A stretch of DNA of 63,299 bases, filler included, from Octopus bimaculoides (GCF_001194135.2; 6 parts of 5 records of this genome joined end to end with filler, not necessarily neighbours in it), one strand, 5' to 3'. Shown: positions 11,150-24,335, numbered from the whole stretch's first letter. Notes: generated from the letters alone by a model not told the origin. Numbers and translations: made by a program.

Positions 11150-12960
11150 AGATAAAAGACGAAATCAGTAAACAAACAGACCTAAAACGACTTCAAAAGT
11201 TTTAGCGAATTGTTAACGAAGTTGCCGTTCGTCGTTGATAGGATCGGTAAAACGAGATACTCAAGTAATACTTCATAGTAAAGATGGGTAAGGAACCTAA
11301 CTCAGATGGGGCCCTGATCAATTTAGCTCAATCAAAAATTTTCGATAAGCTCCAGTCCATTCCACTCCACTCCACGACTCAACAGCTGTCCTCACATCTG
11401 CCGATATCGATTCCGTCAAGTGGGGTAGTGTCACTGCAGTGTATAGCAGTATCTGTTCAGTGTCTTAGATGAGAGGCCACATATCGGGACCATTCGGCAT
11501 TGCACATTCTATCATGTCTCTTGCGAATGTACTCATTCCTGAGCCGCTACTGCAGAAGCTAGAGGCATGGAGAAGCAAATCGCGCGAACTAAGATGAGGA
11601 AGATCTCTATCATCATATATGGACGACTGAATTTTCATGTTGGACATTAAGCACATCGACGTGCTTTACACCATTCTGAGGGAGTGTAAGGCGGTAGCAA
11701 GAGTCCAAAACCACTAGCTAAAATTGATGAGCATGAAACTTGGCAAGGTCTGAGCAGTCCAACAACGTCAAGGAACAGTTAAATTTGTCAGGAGATGGTT
11801 TTGCCCTAGTCTCCAGATGGAGAGGACGTGGAACAAGGTGCCGGATACAGTGGGCAGTCTCATTCAGAAAAAGACTTATGGAAAGCTATCCCTGTAAAAT
11901 TCGGTAAACGCAGCGAAGCCTAGATCATCACCATCTCTTACCCCTTGTCTGTTGTGCTTTTCCTCTATTCATAACTAAGAGAACAAGATGTGTCTATCTT
12001 CTATTCTTGTGAAGGGAACTTTTACCCCCTGCCAGACACACCATTCGTTGGCTGTTGCATGGAATACTGAATACACAATGGTTGATGATGCACATGCATG
12101 CGTCTGTGACTGCGGCATTTTCAACGATTACTTGACGATGAACAAGTATGGTCTCCGCTGATGAACAAGTATGATGATGAACAAATATGCATTTTTCGCC
12201 CCGGTTAGTTTCCTTGAAAGGGCTACAGTCTTGGCCAAGCAACAGCTGGGACATGGCGCTTGGCATCTAGAATGCCATCAAGCGCTTTCAGATCTCTGCC
12301 AGTCGGACAACGCGGTAGGTGCAAGTTTCGCATCGTCATTTTGTTAAGGGTTACTGGGTGTTTCTCGTAGTAGCACTAGAGGTTGATAAAAATCAACTAG
12401 ATGGTATATACCGGAGGATTTTGGCTCGAAACTCAAGAATAATCTCCAGGAATTCTTAATCTGGAAATGTTACCGGAGTGGAAGGCATTGCAGTTCAAGA
12501 TAAATAATACAAACACGGAATTACCGTTAGCAAGACCTGCACGAGATGCTTTTAAGTAAACGAAGCCGTTCTGCACGCATTCATCGGTGCTCAGGTATCT
12601 TTATCATACTGAGTTATGTCGAACAGATATTATCGCACGTAGTGTAGATCTGACTATTGTGAAAATCGTCCTTAATTTCGTGGGATCGACAAGCAGTTGT
12701 TATCTATGTGGTAGCATTGGTGAAAGAGGTTGCATACTAGAAGACACTTGGAAGTACCAGAGATAGACACATCCCTTATGGGCATTCTATCAGCGGCAGT
12801 TCCGAATTTCAGTCGTAAAGGAATATGAAGATGCACAGAGAAAGGTTACCTCCTAACAAGTTTGTTGAATGGTGTAGACAAAAGTGGCAGATGTTCCAGT
12901 GAATTGGTCTGTTCCGAGCATGCGCCTGTAGATTGAAGAAAGACAGCTGGGTAAAGACAC
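11150..12960 (+). mobile_element. Degenerate L1/Tx1-clade LINE ORF2
   Basis: GALINLAQSKIFDKL (cf. LINLDQSKAFDRV), ISGPFGIAHS..VLIPEPLLQKLEA (cf. LSEPFxIxRSVRQGCPLSPLLYVLxLEPLL), a YxDD-like remnant, and a C-terminal KFVEW-like stretch. Confidence 0.75.
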
Positions 12961-13097
12961 TTTGACTTAGTGGTCGATAAATCAATGTAGCACTCAAGTA
13001 CTTCGATCGATGGTATTATGTCGCCGACAATCTTCAAATTCGCTGGTCTTGTGCTTCAATTAAAAATTATCATCATCACCATCATCATTATTATTAT

Positions 13098-13479
13098 TAT
13101 TGAGTGAGAGAGCAGTACATGCCATCAAAGTGACAGTTGGGTAAAATATACGAAGCCCAGTAAACCATCATGCTTACCCGTCTGATAAGGGTATACCAGG
13201 CATATGCATCACAACCATATGGTGATCTCATATCAAGATAAACAGCACATGACCTTGCAGATGGGGCCCAGTTAGAATTTTCTTCAGGCCGAGTAGCCCA
13301 TCCCACTCAAAATATCCCTGAATAAGAGCTGTTTAAGGATGTTGAACGAAACATCCATGTTTCCAAAGGTCAATTATCCATACTCCAAAGAATTCCCCTC
13401 AACACATGGCTATGATGCTCCCCCACTATTTCTGCTCAGAGATGCGCATACCGTCAGCCACTAAGGGACATGCTCAACT
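13098..13479 (-). mobile_element. TAA-tailed interspersed repeat, family P (SINE-like, non-coding)
   Basis: High similarity to 39787-40158 and 13735-13830; on - it ends ...ctctcactc(aat)n. Confidence 0.85.
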
Positions 13480-13480
13480 G

Positions 13481-13722
13481 GGCGGCGAGCTAGCAGAATC
13501 GTTGGCACGCCGGGCAAACGCTTAGCGGCATTTTGTTCGTTTCACCCCCTGAATTCTGAATTCAAATTATGCCGATATCGAGTTTGCCTTTCATCTTTTC
13601 GAGGTTATTGAAATAAGTATCAGTTAAGTACTGGAGTCGATGTAATCGACTTACCCCCCCCCCCNNNNNNNNNNNNCCCGCCACCTCCGAAACTACCGGC
13701 CGTGTGCCAAAATTTTAAATCA
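13481..13722 (+). mobile_element. SINE B, near full length
   Basis: A-box-like tagcagaatcg, B-box-like gaattcaaatt, central cctttcatc..ataagta, TTA tail. Confidence 0.85.
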
Positions 13723-13734
13723 TTATTATTATTA

Positions 13735-13830
13735 TTGAGTGAGAGAGCAGCGCATTCCATCAAAGTGACACTGGGGTAAAATATACGAAACCCAATATAT
13801 CCATCATGACTACCCGTCTGATAACGGTAC
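13735..13830 (-). mobile_element. Family P 3' fragment in the TTA tail of SINE B
   Basis: gagtgagagagcagc..ctacccgtctgataa matches 13103-13190. Confidence 0.85.
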
Positions 13831-13857
13831 ACAACAATAATAATTATTGTTATTTAC

Positions 13858-14075
13858 AACGCAGTGACATGGCAGAATCGTTAGGACGCCAGGCAAAATG
13901 TTTTGCGTCATTTCATCTGTCTTTACATTGAGTTCAAATTCCGCCGAGGCCAATTTTGCCTTTCGTCCTTTTGGTGTTGATAAAATAAGTACCAGTTGTA
14001 TACTGGTTCAATGTAATCGACTTTTCTCACCCCACCAAATTTCAGGCCTTGTGCCTACAGTAGAAAGGCTTATTA
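13858..14075 (+). mobile_element. SINE B, full length
   Basis: tggcagaatcgttag A-box, gagttcaaattcc B-box, ccttgtgcctacagtagaaagg plus TTA tail. Confidence 0.9.
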
Positions 14076-14097
14076 TTATTATTTATGGTAACGTTTA

Positions 14098-14287
14098 AGG
14101 CAGAGGGCTGGCAGAATAGAATAGTTACCGAACCGAACAAAATGCGTATCGGCATTTCTGGTTTTATGTACTGAGTTCAAATCGCTTCGAGATATTCTTT
14201 GGCGTTCATTATTTCGGTGTCGATAAAAGAAGTACCAGCACAGGGGTCGTTGTAATCGATTAGCTCAGCTCCACAAAAATCCAGGTA
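14098..14287 (+). mobile_element. SINE B, diverged third tandem copy
   Basis: Same head, B-box and gtcgataaaagaagtacc core. Confidence 0.8.
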
Positions 14288-15324
14288 TTATACATATAGA
14301 AAGAAGACATTATTATCATCTTCAATGTCATTATCAGCCATTATAACGTCTGCATCAGCAGCTTCGTCATCATCATCAACATGCTCATTCTTTTTCATCA
14401 GAATCATTGTATGTGAGTGACACACATTGAAGCATTGATACATCGATATATATATAAGTAAAGCATAAAATCTCAAAGAAGTGTTGCAAATTGGTGATAA
14501 TTCTTATAAAATGGTGAAATTTAATATGCAAACAGATAAGTATATTCATGAATAAGTAGACATGAAAAATAAATTACTACGTAAATAAACGGATAGACCG
14601 TACAAGAGTTTAGTTGTTTTTATAGTTCGCACTATCATTCATCAAAAACAATTGATGTATGTCTGTAGGCATTATTTTGATATATTATTTTGATATTAGA
14701 TAAGAAAAATGTTTATGGTAGAGGAAATACAGAAGCACAATTGATCGAGCTAAACTTAAAGCATCTTGAAAACAACATCATGAAAATAATTTTTTAAATG
14801 TTTTTAAAACCATAATTATGTGAAACTATTTCAGAAAATCAATAAAAGCAAAAACAATGGAAACAATGATAGCTTCAAAGTATAAGAAACTGAGAAATAA
14901 TCCTCAATGATAAAATAAAATAGAAAAGTTTTGTGCGTGGTGAGTCATTAACTTAATTGAGAAGTGTAAATAAAACTCAATAATTGTCTGAGTAAAAATT
15001 ACCCGGTATCCAGCGCTTAATGTGGATAACATAGTCTTTCTAAAGCTCAATATGTATAACTAGGGTGAGCATTTAAGACAAGTGTAGCGATGACATAATT
15101 ATCATAGCAGATTAAGGTAACAAAATCAAATACCTTTATACAAATGAAAGGTCGATTATTTCATTTATTTTGTTTTAGTTATTTTTGTTTTGTTTTATTT
15201 TTTTTTAATTCATAAATTGTTATATTTTCATGTTTTAAAATGTTTAACGCTTTAAATCAGCCCAATGGAAACATAATTGATTGTGTGAGACAGTTTTAAT
15301 TTTAGAGTATGCTACTTACTATAC

Positions 15325-15362
<38 letters not shown>

Positions 15363-15786
15363 TGATTCCATTTTGATACTGGACAATAATAATTCACTAT
15401 TTTTCCAACATACTTCTGTACGTCCTGCATTATTTCTTTTACAGCGTTGTATAATGACAGTAAAAATAAAAAAATAGAAATCAAAAAAGAAATAGAAAAA
15501 AATTAGTCAATGGAAATATATTGTGAGCATGCCTCCATTTTCGTGAAGATAGATTAACACTTTGATACGTCAGGATATAGAAGTATTCTCACATCTCTTT
15601 TGTCGTTAATGTTTTTCTTCAAACGACGCATAGTTACCCTATTAGCTCAGTGGGATACCATCTTGTCTGTCAGTCCACTCGTAAAATTTAATTTTAGTTT
15701 TTCTGTTACCCATCACAGCCGCTTAATCAGTCATTGAAATATCCTATCACACTGGAAAAAAATTTATTCGCCTGCACCCATGTTCG

Positions 15787-15824
<38 letters not shown>

Positions 15825-16445
15825 TATATATATACTTTGCTATCGGTATATATGCATTTACGCATTTATGTCCAAACATTCTTTAGTCACATACATACGC
15901 ACCTTCATATTCATGCGCACACACTAACACACGCACATACATACATGTGTGTGTGTGTGTATATATAATTGACAATACCTCTTGATTTATAGCGTTCGAT
16001 ACAATCAATATTTTTCCTCCCACTATGCTTTTACACACTTTTACACATAAATTTTGTTCACAATAATGTATATGCAAAATGGGGGTAGTTTATCTTGTTC
16101 AAGCTATATTATTAGCATTATCCTGCGATTGAGAATTTAAAATCACTTCTTTAACTTTCTAAGACATCTCAACGCCTCTAAAAGCAAACTTCGTTTGTTT
16201 GTTTACGTTTGTCGTAATTTGAATTTTATATATATATATATATATATAGGTTATGAAGGGTAATTGAGTCGACCAGACCCTAATGGTACAGGTAATACCG
16301 AGTAAGTGTTGTATACCGACTAGTTTTGCTNNNNNNNNNNNNNNNNNNNNNNNNNNNNNNNNNNNNNNNNNNNNNNNNNNNNNNNNNNNNNNNNNNNNNN
16401 NNNNNNNNNNNNNNNNNNNNNNNNNNNNNNNNNNNNNNNNNNNNN

Positions 16446-16531
<86 letters not shown>

Positions 16532-16629
16532 CAACGTACAAGAAACGATACTGAAAGTTTTAAAATAGCGTTTTCGATTAAATAACGTAGTGGTATAACT
16601 GTATGATCATATAATCATAATTTAATTCT

Positions 16630-17130
16630 TCCTTAGTCGAAAGACACCTGTTGTTATGTCCTGTTATTTGTATTTGTGTAACAATTCTCAGTTTTTTTTC
16701 CGTCCTTGTTTTCGTATGCATTCGCTGATTTCTTCCAAGGAATCTAATGCTCTTCGCTTATCTAATCTCTTCCTTGGAATCTAATGCTCTTCCTTGGGAC
16801 TGGCCATATTCCTTTCTGTGCCTGTTAAATCCTATGTCCCTGCCGTAAGGCTTCCACACACGCCAGCTTAATTTAATTCGTCGTTAGTCGAAAGATACTT
16901 GTTGTTATGTCCTATTATTTGTATTTGTGTAACATTTCTGTTTTTTTTTGCCGTCCTTGTTTTCGTATATATTCGCTGCTTTCTTCCAAGGAATTTAATG
17001 CGCTTAGCTTATTTTTTTCTTGGGGCTGGCCAGATTGGAGCAATATCGATTATGACCGGCCGAAATCGCAAAGATTATCTGGAACTCGACTGAGGATAGA
17101 AAACTCCCTTGAAACGTCTGTCTGGGTATT
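16630..17130 (+). repeat. Direct duplication (~140 bp at 16631 and 16883) followed by a minimal hammerhead-like motif; probable Penelope pseudo-LTR region
   Basis: ttagtcgaaaga..gttgttatgtcct..tttcttccaaggaat occurs twice; CTGAGGA..GAAAC-gtct-GTC at 17090-17122. Confidence 0.5.
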
Positions 17131-17798
17131 TTGTTGTCCCTTTTTTGTTTCACCTGTCTGGATATTTTGCATTCTTGTCCCATTTTTGCATTTTTTTATA
17201 TATAAAATATAGCGGCGCGCTGTGCTTTCCAATAGTAGTATTATAGGTTCTTCCAGGTTTGCGTTTGGGCATCTGTTGTGTGTGAATCGATAGTTGAAAC
17301 AATTTGGAGTCAACAAGAAGGAGTAGTGTTGGACATTTATTTTCTATCACTAAAGTTGTTTCCACACAACGTAGCTCTCATGGCATGCAGATACTTGATT
17401 ATGCAACCGTTTCTCTGCATTATGAGATCTAGTTGCGTTTCCTCGAACGATATGTAAATATTTTCTCCGTAAGTTTCGGCTTCAAGAACTTCCTCTCTGC
17501 CTGTAGTGGCCTCAGTTTAGTAGTAGTCACTGAATTTATAAATGTGTGTTGTTGCTGAAAGACCGTTGGCAAATTGGTTTGAATGTGTAGATGTAGTGGG
17601 ATGGTGATTCAGCTACTGTTAAAGTTGTTGCCGTTTTAAAGCGACTGGCATTTGATTTTTATGTACTGTTGATTTGTGCTTCATAGTTGGTTTCAAATGC
17701 AATTGTCCTTAGCTGACCTTTAAGAATCAGATTATTACTTCCATATACGTACTAACGCTCGGATACATACACACACACAAGCACATACATACATGCAT

Positions 17799-17878
<80 letters not shown>

Positions 17879-17881
17879 TCA

Positions 17882-19112
17882 CAGGGTGAGTAAAAAATAA
17901 GCAACGTTTAGAAATACAAAATTCATTACAGTACATTTCAACAAAGCGGAAGTTTCATTCAGCAACTTAAGTACCATTTCAATGAAGACATTTTTGCCAA
18001 CGCGCTACAAGTTTGCTTATTCCGGTCACATAAATACCTGCAGTGCTGGAGCTTTGTATGCACTTTCAGCATCGGTTTGAGTTTTGAACTCCTCTCGCAG
18101 GAAACTATCAAGGTGCTTGAAAAAGTGTTAGTCGGTAGGAGAGAAAGGTCTGGGAATAAGCTGGGTGGGGAGGAACTTCGTAGCCACGTTCCCTAAATTT
18201 CTGGTGTGTCATTAACGAAAAGTGTGGTCGAGCATTGATTGACCTTCTTCTGTTGACCAGTCTGGGACACAGAAGTAGCAGCTTTTCGTTTATTTTGGCA
18301 ATTTCATGGCAATATCTTTCTGTAGTAATGGTTTTTGGGTGTTTTAAGAAATTATAGTAGATGAATCCAGCAATACATCACCAAACAGTCACCATGACTT
18401 TCTTTTTGAAGAGCTCGGGTTTAGGGAAGGTTTTGGTGCATCATTTTGTTCCAACACTACGAAGAACGTTTTTGTTATTTTACAGAATCCATTTTTCATC
18501 GTAAGTTACAATACGGTCGAGAAATGGATCGGTCTCGTTACGGAGAAGAAGCGGCGAGCAAATTTCATATCCGCGCATTTTCTGATTTTCATTGAAATCG
18601 TTAGGTTTGTCGAACTTTTATGATTTTTCCATAGCATACAAATGGTTGTAGGCTGTTTTCTGGCTAACTTCTCGAGTGGTTTTACGTAGATCTTTCTCAA
18701 TGATGATCTTTACTTGAACGTCATCGATAACAGATGGGCGTCCACTACACTTGCGATCTTCAAGGTTCAGGTCTTCACTGCGAAGTCGTTTAAACCATTC
18801 TCGAGCTGACCAATCACTAGTCATTTCCTCACCAAGCATTTCGCTGCTATCGCGAGCAGTTTCAGCTGCTTTACGTCCTTTTTTGAAGTTGAATATCAAA
18901 ATTGCTCGAATATCGCGCTTTGAAAGTTCCATTTCAGATGATTGTTACAATGGTGAAAAAAAACGATGTTAATTTATTAAGGCATTTAGGCAAGTCTATG
19001 TCGGTATTATCAGACAATTGCAAAAAAATGTTTAAGAGAATTTCAAAACTCCGTAAAAATCCGGTACAAATTCTTCATGGTTCAATACGTTGCTTACTTT
19101 TTACTCAACATG
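17882..19112 (-). mobile_element. Mariner element with both TIRs, decayed transposase
   Basis: ~26-bp TIRs (cagggtgagtaaaaaataagcaacgt; right-hand reverse complement catgttgagtaaaaagtaagcaacgt), length 1231 bp. HTH region MELSKRDIRAILIFNFKKG..WFKRLRS..EDRKCSGRPS, plus DEKW and PHPAYS remnants. Confidence 0.9.
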
Positions 19113-19117
19113 ATATA

Positions 19118-19222
<105 letters not shown>

Positions 19223-19244
19223 CTATCAATTTTGAGAAAGTGTT

Positions 19245-19380
19245 CAAATGTTACTTATCTTATCCCGAAAGGGTGAACGACAAAGTCTACTTCAACGGAA
19301 TTTTAACTCAGAACGTAATGACGGACGAAATGCCGATAAGTATTTTTCCCGGCGTGCAAACGATTCTGCAAGCTCGCTGC
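19245..19380 (-). mobile_element. SINE B head fragment
   Basis: Reverse complement of the family B 5' half. Confidence 0.75.
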
Positions 19381-19408
19381 AATAATAATAATAATAATAA
19401 TAATGATG

Positions 19409-19458
<50 letters not shown>

Positions 19459-19580
19459 CCCTTCTACCAGAGGCACAAGGCCTCAGATTTGTTGGTAGTC
19501 CATTACATCGACCCCAGTGTTTCACTGATACTTATTTTATCGACCCCGAAATGATGACAGGTAAAGAGGACTTCGACTTA
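19459..19580 (-). mobile_element. SINE B 3' fragment
   Basis: Reverse complement of the family B core and tail. Confidence 0.75.
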
Positions 19581-19707
19581 TAATGATAATAATAATAATA
19601 ACAACAACAACAACAATAATATTAATAACAATAATAATAATGATGATGATGATGTTGATGATGATGATGTTGATGAGGATGAGGATGATGATGAGGATGA
19701 TGATGAT

Positions 19708-20457
19708 AGGCTGAGAGGCTCAGGACTCAAGGGAGAGACTGAGGGAAATTTAATTACAGCACAAGATCAAAGCCTTCGCACCAGAAATTACCAAAAACAT
19801 GTAATGAAAAGAAATACAAGTAACTGCAGAATATGTGCAGCTGGAGGAGAAACAATAAATCATATTATCTCTGGTTGCCCAGTCCAGGCTAAGAAGGAAT
19901 ATATTCAGAGGTACGACAGCGTTGGGACCTATATACGCTGGAAGATGTGCCAAAACTATGGAATAAAACAGAAAAAAGACGCTATAGCACACGCCAGAAA
20001 AGGCCACAAAATGAGAAAGCAACCTTACCCTGGAATGCCAATATACTTAGATAGAGAAATTAAAGCCAATAGGACAAATATAGATGTTAGAGATCACCAA
20101 GAACAAAAAATGCTTTTTAATCGATGTATCAATACCAACAGATGACAATGTTTCTCTAAAAGAAACGGATAAACTTTCAAAATACAAAGATTTGGAAATA
20201 GGGGTAACTCGAATGTGAAGTCCAGAAACAGAAACAATTCCTATCATAGTAGACGCATTAGGTACATAACAAAAACACTACGAATAACTAGTATATACAA
20301 CATATAGAAATAGCATTCCTAGGCACCGCACACATGCTATGTAAAGCACTTTCAATACAGTAAGAATAAGAACATCAAAACACACTACAACACATACCCA
20401 AGGCACACAGAGCGGCGCTTGGTAGTGCAGTGAAAGCACATAATAAATATAGGACTA

Positions 20458-20460
<3 letters not shown>
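19708..20460 (+). mobile_element. 5'-truncated R4/Dong-type RLE LINE (CCHC knuckle, RLE, 3' UTR)
   Basis: LRGSGLKGETEGNLITAQDQSLRTRNY..CRICAAGGETINHIISGCPVQAKKEYIQRYD; NRTNIDVRD (decayed PD motif); ends in (TAA)n at 20461-20586. Confidence 0.9.
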
Positions 20461-20524
<64 letters not shown>

Positions 20525-20535
20525 TAATAATAATA

Positions 20536-20589
<54 letters not shown>

Positions 20590-21049
20590 TTGATAAAATC
20601 ATTTGTTTACTTCCATTGCACGTAGAATAACAGAATGACAATGTTAATTTGTTTTCTTTTTCGCATCAAATTTCAGATGATAGGTTATATTTCTACTTTG
20701 TTTTACTAAAATCTCTAACGTTGAAAACTTGCTGATGTTTCGGCAATGCACTTGCCGAATCCATCTCTCGCTACCTATAACGGAAATCTTGACAAAGATT
20801 GTGGTAAAGATGATAAAAATAGTGATAGTCATAGTAATGGTGACGTTTGTAGTGATAGTGAGTATAAAAGTAGTAGTGTTAGTAAAATATAATTGCAATA
20901 GTGGTCGTGATGAGGATGGTAGAGTAATAATAATGCTGATAAAGAAAATGGAGATAATGTGTTACATCAAGCAGTAATGGTGGGAACTGAGGAGTAGTGG
21001 GGTTTGTAGTTGTATATTTTGTACTTGCATTCTTGTGTTGGTCTGGAGA

Positions 21050-22310
21050 GAGTGCGTTGCAAGCTTCTGGTGTTAGTGAGTGTATCTTGTAATTTAGTTT
21101 AAAATAAACACACTAATGACCGGGTCGTCGGGAACTAAAGCGCCAAACCCACCAAGAGTGCTCGGCGAGGAGGATGGTGGATGGACTCTCTGCGAGGAGC
21201 AAAACAAGTCCCGTTGAAGGGCAGATGAACTCATTCATGAGAGTCAACAGCCATTCATCAGAGTGTATATGAGGGTAGGTTTGGACTCACTGAGCTATAG
21301 TTGGCAATGCAACATGCGATGGTGTTATGATAAAAATGCTGGTGATTGCACACTTATAAATGTTACCTCAAAATGAGTGACGTCCAATTCAAGTAATAAT
21401 CATAACTACGTTTACGGGACCAGAACTGTTAACAAGTAAGTTGTCGTGCACGGCAAGCAAAGAGTGTCTGATCATGCACCGGTAAGTCGTGATCAGGACC
21501 AGAATCGAAGTCAAAAGTGCAAACGGAAAAGCATGAAATGGGAAAAAGCGGTAAACATGATTGTGATTGAATGTTGCTGAGAAGTAAGTCAATTAAAAGA
21601 GGTTTCATGAAATATGGGATAAAAGGAGGGTCTTTGAAGCTTCTGCCCAACGATTTATAAACCAGGGAAGGATAATCGTATAAACGATTGGTTTCCGAGA
21701 TCGGAGTTTGAAGAAATTCACAGAAGAAGAAGAAAATGAACAAGAAGAGTGTGGAACAACAGTAGAAGAAAGTGATAATAAAGGAATAAGAGATGAAGAA
21801 AATTAAAAGAGAGAAAACACCATGTGCTTGAGAATGCCAATGAAGTAAATAGTGAAGGTAATTTAGCTGGACAAGTGACAGTGAGTGTTGCACAAGAGTG
21901 GACGATGAAGAAAAGGAAACTCTAGAAATGGTGTGCGTGAAAATGCGAGGTACGGCCAATGGAGTTTCATCAAATGTAAAGTATATGGACAGAAGAAAAT
22001 TAATGAGCCACATTCAAAGTAAATGGCGTTTTGAGCTTGACTACAACATCATACATTAAAGAAACAAATCAGCTAACTATTGCTACTGCTAATGATTTAC
22101 CTGACATAATAGGATTCAATCGGAAGACCATTGAAGAAAAGTAGAGGAAGGAAAACAAGGAAGTAAACAGGAGGATAAGGATACGAATGCAGCTGGAAAA
22201 AATACGGAAAGAACTGGGGTAATTGAATAGGATAATGATACAACTCAAAAATAAGGTAATAATCAGACGATTGAATGGACAAGAGAGGCTAGAAAAGAGG
22301 TCGCAATCAA
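21050..22310 (+). mobile_element. 5' part (putative UTR and N-terminal ORF region) of an R4/Dong-type LINE, 3'-truncated
   Basis: From 21533: MKWEKAVNMIVIECLLRSKSIKRGF..IWDKRRVFEASAQRF..DWF..EFEEI, like the R4-clade N-terminal domain; then an ETNQL..ATAN-like segment. The 5' boundary is a guess. Confidence 0.6.
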
Positions 22311-23229
22311 ATGGCTGAAAAGTGAAGAAAAACGATAGTTTGGCAAAACGAAAGCAACTAGAAAGCTTCAGAATTCTCCAGCGTTATGAAAGATTAAGGC
22401 TACTATGGAAACAAATAATTAAATAAACTGAAGGTTTATTTACCATCCTTCAAGAGATGGGTCATCATTTGCTTGGTCATCATTTGATAACACTGGTCAA
22501 CGCTGTTTTTGGTGCCAAGAAACAAAACACGTTTTTTTAGCTAATTTGATGGTGCTGATTCCGAAAATGACCTTAGTTTTTTATGGTTAGCTACCGTTTT
22601 TGCTGTACTGAAATTGCTCATTTTTGGGAAAAAAATCAATTTACGATCTTGGCTGATTACAAAATTTAGTTTAAAAAGATAGTAGAAACCCATGAATTTT
22701 CAGGTCGGTTGAGCAATTTATGTCAGCCACCTGAAATAAACTATTTTTATAAAAGAAAAGTGTTTTTGAGTCAAAACTTTTAAACTAGAAGTACCAAATT
22801 TTTCCATGTTATTGCCAAAATTCAAATTATCTGATAAACCTTATCAGTAATACACTTTAGTAAAACCGATAATTAAGGTGACATCAAAAAAATGAAACCC
22901 TAAAATTTTCTGTTTGGTATTCATAAATTTATCCCATCACATTTATCCCTTCAATACGGAAGGAAACCATGCACATTAAGATCTTTTGTTTTCACAGTTG
23001 GTAAAAAAACTCCAACTAAAGACATCCCAATTGAATGCACCTATTCCATTATACATGATGAACATCAGGAAAATGGTTTCACCATAACATCTACCCTGCA
23101 TGAGGGATTACGAAGATACGGACTCTTTCCGTCTTTTGTTATTGACAGTTTTATGAGTCTTTCCGTAAGACATTAGGAAAGATCAAATTACTTAAATGTT
23201 AACACGCAAAGTGTAATGTAAATGCTCAA

Positions 23230-24335
23230 CCAACTCGTGTTCTTTTTTAATCATAGAGATAGATACCAAATGACACGGCTTCAACGAGAGGATGCAAAAA
23301 TGATCCTAACTTATTTTGAAAGAAAGCAATCTACAGAGAAGGTCAATCAAAATCTACATGAACTATGCACTACATTAAACCAATTCTTTACCGACATTTT
23401 CAGAAATAATACCATAAAAGATACACTACAAAAATCACTCACCCCAAATGAAAACACACCGATTTTAGCATACCTAATTAAAAACCGCATTAGTCACACT
23501 TGGTCCAAAAACCTCAACACCAGAAAATTCACATTCTGGGTCATGGTAAAAAATAACAATAAGGCACAAATATATGAAAAATGGATCAACTTAACACCGT
23601 TAATCTTGCCACGAAAACTCCAAATCAGACCCATCCCAGATGAACCAGAACAACAACGAACCTTCAGAGAGAAACTAACTCTAGGAAAAATGAGAACAGA
23701 GATTGAATCACTTAAACTCAGAGCTAAGAATCATAAACAAAATATAAAACGATCGATGACGAGGTGATCACAGAAATCACAATTATACAAAATCTCTCTG
23801 CTCACTCAAGACCCGAAAATGAAAATCTTAAATACACATAAACTCCTCAAATGCAAAAGGCAACATAAATCACTCAACAGGCTCCTAAAAAAATGAAAAA
23901 CTATACTGAATACATACGATACCAACAGTTAAAAAATGCAGACGACCTAATTGTGATACATGCCCATACTTAACTAAAGTCTCGGTATTCACACTCCAGC
24001 AAGGAGAAAAATTCTCAATTAAGACCAAATTCACATGTACTTCCCAGAACCTTATTTATGTCCTAACCTGCTCAGGTTGTGACCACAATTATGTGGGCCA
24101 AACGAGCCTTACTTTGAGACGCAGAGTTACTCTGCATAAAGAACAGATTCATTTTCCTCAATACAGAGAGGAAAATGAGCGAACATATTGACAGATGCGC
24201 AAGAAATAAAACGCCGAATTTCCATATCTTTCTGTTATACCAATGCAAAGATTCAATCCCCTTAAAAGAACGCCTAAACAAGGAAAACCTGTTCATGCAA
24301 AAGTACAGACCACACCTTAATATACAAACTTGACC
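23230..24335 (+). mobile_element. Penelope-like element remnant: N-terminal region plus linker and GIY-YIG endonuclease, no RT
   Basis: KCRRPNCDTCPY..FTCTSQNLIYVLTCSGCDHNYVGQTSLTLRRRVTLHKEQI..ENLFMQKYRPHLN; linker KCKRQHKSLNRLL; upstream 181-aa ORF at 23222-23767. Confidence 0.8.

Noticed and set aside
14836-14938. Exon between tttcag and gtgagt
   Set aside because: There are stops in all three frames. A non-coding exon cannot be supported from sequence alone.
23160-23195. Hammerhead upstream of the GIY-YIG element (ttatga-gtctt..aagac)
   Set aside because: A stem II-like hairpin exists, but both CUGA and GAAA are absent, so it is too degenerate to support.
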